A stretch of 63,371 bases of DNA, filler included, from Octopus bimaculoides (Eukaryota), in assembly GCF_001194135.2 (NCBI RefSeq). It is 3 parts of 3 records of this genome, joined end to end, with 100 filler letters (N's around TTAATTAATTAA, not from the genome) between each part and the next. Parts side by side here need not be neighbours in the genome. Positions count along the whole stretch, not along the records: positions 52,515 to 63,371 come from NC_069010.1; 2 more parts are not named here. One strand, written 5' to 3'. The notes under the pieces are model-generated. The model was not told the origin of the DNA. It did no database searches and worked only from the letters and a program-made list of their open reading frames with translations. Position numbers and translations under genes: made by a program. Below are positions 60,767 to 63,371 of this stretch, one piece after another. How positions within the stretch are numbered: position 1 is the stretch's first letter; every line of letters begins with the position of its first letter.

Positions 60767-60919
60767 TTATATATATATAATTCTCTTGAGTTTTTGTCCA
60801 TCACAAGAGATGACTGATGAGGGAAGGGGGGATGAGGAACTGAATAGTGTCTGTGTGTGTAAACGTATAGTGAATTGGCTATACACATTGGTTGTTATGA
60901 TCATGTGAACGTTTAAGGT

Positions 60920-61120
60920 GGTAAGCTGCTACAAATGTAAGCGTGCCGGGTGAAATGCATAGCAGTGTTTCATCTGTGTTTATGTTCCAAGTTCAAATTC
61001 ATCCAAGGTCGACTTTGCCTTTCATCCTTTTGGAGGTCAATAAATTAAGTACCAGTTGCGTACTGGGGGATGGATCTAATCGACTGCAAATTTCAGGCCT
61101 TGTGCCTTGAGTAGAAAAGG
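60920..61120 (+). mobile_element. Family B SINE
   Basis: AGTTCAAATTC...GTCGACTTTGCCTTTCATCC...GAGTAGAAAAGG. Confidence 0.8.
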
Positions 61121-62399
61121 ATCGTGTGTGTGTGTAAAATCGTCATCGTTTAACACCCAACTTCCATTCTAGCATGGGTGGGACAGTACCATGAAAGCCG
61201 GCCAGACCGAAGCCTGCACCAAACTTCTGTGACTGTTTTGGCAGAATTTTTACAGCTGGATGCCCTTCCTAAAACCAATCACTCAGCAGAGTGGACTTGG
61301 TGCTTTTTTACTTGACCCAAGTACAAGCGAGGTCAGTTTTGGCAAGGTTTCAATGGCCAGAAGCCCTTCTGAAGACCAACCACTTTACAGTGTGGACTGG
61401 GTGCTTCTAAGTGGTACCTGCACTGGCAGGGTCACCAAGTACTTGCAAGCTATTAAAAAAGAATAGATATTTATATATCCACCAATAGAAGTGAGATGGT
61501 GAAAATTCAACGGTGAAAAAAAAAATTGTCAAACAGCACTTCAGTTTTGTGTGAGTATATGTGTGTGTGTGTGTGTAAAAGGGAAGTATGTGAATGTTTG
61601 TGTATTTGCGTAAAATATATTTATATATAATATTTGAGTGACTGTATATGTGTTTGTATGTTTATTTAGAAAGATACATAGAAAATAGAATTACAAACAC
61701 ATATATAAACAGACACACTTAAAAAAAGGGAAAGAAAGAGGCCGTGACAAAGTATAGAAAGCCACATTTGCTACAAACTGCTACTTGTACATAAATGTAT
61801 TCATTTGCATAACACACACACATATTCATACAGAGTTGAAACGCTGTTTGATTTTTTTTTTCTCACCCTTTTTACATATAAAACACTACAATTAGTTGTC
61901 AGGGTGTCCGGTAGTATATATATTTGAGCAAAGGTGACTCCAATGTTAGGACCAGCTATGCACAAGCATGAAGGCACGCTGGCAAAATGCCATTGTGATT
62001 TTGTGGCACGGAGCAAAGCAAGCCTTCCTGTCCACTCAAACATGTAGTAAATGATCCATAGGTACTTGAGCTAACTGAATCCGCAACTTGTTCCATTTAA
62101 AGGGTTTTCAAGACACCAGCAGGCCTCAAGAAGCACATTTGTGTCCATATAACATTATTTCTGCTCTAATTTACTGAACCTCCATATATATTTACATAGA
62201 TTTAAATAGCTTATTTTTGATAGGACTATTGCTAGTGCCTTTGTGAACCTGGGAGTAAATACGTTGTTGCTCGTCCTTGACAAGGTTCAATCCTTCAGAG
62301 GAACTCCATTAAGAGGCTTTAATAAATTTCCTTAGTTTTGTTTTTTGGANNNNNNNNNNCCCCCTGTAATTCCTGGCAGAGATACAGATTGAAACCCTC

Positions 62400-62635
62400 T
62401 CTCTCTTTTACTCTTTTACTTGTTTCAGTCATTTGACTGCGGCCATGCTGGAGCACCGCCTTTAGTCAAGAAAATCGACCCCCAGGACTTACTCTTTGTA
62501 AGCCTAGTACTTATTCTATCGGTCTCTTTCTGCCGATAGATAGATCGACAGATGGATAGAACGAAAGATATTTGTAAGTTACGGTGACGTAAACACACCA
62601 GCATCGGTTGTCAAGTGATGCTGGGGGGGACAAAC
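62400..62635 (-). mobile_element. Family A SINE, 3' half
   Basis: CTCTTTTACTTGTTTCAGTCATTTGACTGCGGCCATGCTGGAGCACC...; runs into an N gap. Confidence 0.8.
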
Positions 62636-62866
62636 NNNNNNNNNNNNNNNNNNNNNNNNNNNNNNNNNNNNNNNNNNNNNNNNNNNNNNNNNNNNNNNNN
62701 NNNNNNNNNNNNNNNNNNNNNNNNNNNNNNNNNNNATATATATATATATATATACATGCATACACAAAAACATATACACATACACACGTACACACACATA
62801 TACTTATATACACCAATACTCCCATATACAGATACATATATACGTACACGTTACATACATACATAC

Positions 62867-62902
<36 letters not shown>

Positions 62903-63371
62903 CTCTTCCTGTCCCCAAATCTCTCCTCTTCCAATCCTTACAATCGCACCACCTCATCCCCTTCATACACACACACAGACACTCTCCCACCGCACTCTAG
63001 CTGACCCCCTCCTGACCACCCCAGCCCCCCAACCCGCCATGACTACCCTACCCGACCCCACCACTACCACCATCACCGTCACCATCGAAACCTAGTCACA
63101 TGAGCAAAAAAACAAAAACAACAAAAAAAAAACGATACCTATTTTAGGGTACTGTCCCAGATTTCGTAACCGTCATAGCTATGTGACCTTCACTGAGTAA
63201 TTTCCTGCTTGTAGAAAAGAACAATAACAACAACAACAACAACAACAATAATAATAATAATGATAATAATAATAATAATAATAATAATCGCTGGCGGAAT
63301 GCAGAGCAGTATGTCAGGTCGGTTCTCCTGTGAAGTAAGCCCAATAAATTACCCAGAATGTGCATGTGGCC

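Overview
AT-rich, gap-ridden eukaryotic genomic DNA, most likely octopus (inferred from the tandem C2H2 zinc-finger cluster, the tRNA-derived SINE families and dense AT/ATT/CA microsatellites; the species cannot be confirmed here). Two synthetic 100-bp linkers (44 N + TTAATTAATTAA + 44 N, at 27057-27156 and 52415-52514) split the window into three pieces that may not be physically adjacent. Piece A (1-27056) is a C2H2 zinc-finger cluster with four genes whose CDS lies in a single exon (ZNF-A + 3047-4386, ZNF-B + 7965-9341, ZNF-C - 14216-15583, ZNF-D + 25745-27053) and one pseudogene (- 20284-20731). These are interleaved with SINEs, an RT-deleted Ty3/gypsy element, a Tx1-type LINE, an RTE fragment and small TIR elements. 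All four genes share a 5' module: a promoter block, a short non-coding exon carrying a strong-context 'MAFN' uORF, and a splice acceptor exactly 18 nt before the main ATG. Pieces B and C are mostly microsatellite mosaics, SINE clusters and R4/Dong-type (RLE) retrotransposon remnants in (TAA)n tracts, with promoter-like motif islands but no identifiable gene. Strongest leads: the conserved uORF module; homogenised and mosaic finger arrays; a candidate minimal hammerhead ribozyme (542-586, -); a long-TIR element that has captured a Tx1 ORF1 fragment (60299-60766); and a SAP-domain-bearing TIR element in the ZNF-B 3' UTR. All coordinates and identities were counted by hand, no database search was possible, and repeat boundaries are approximate.
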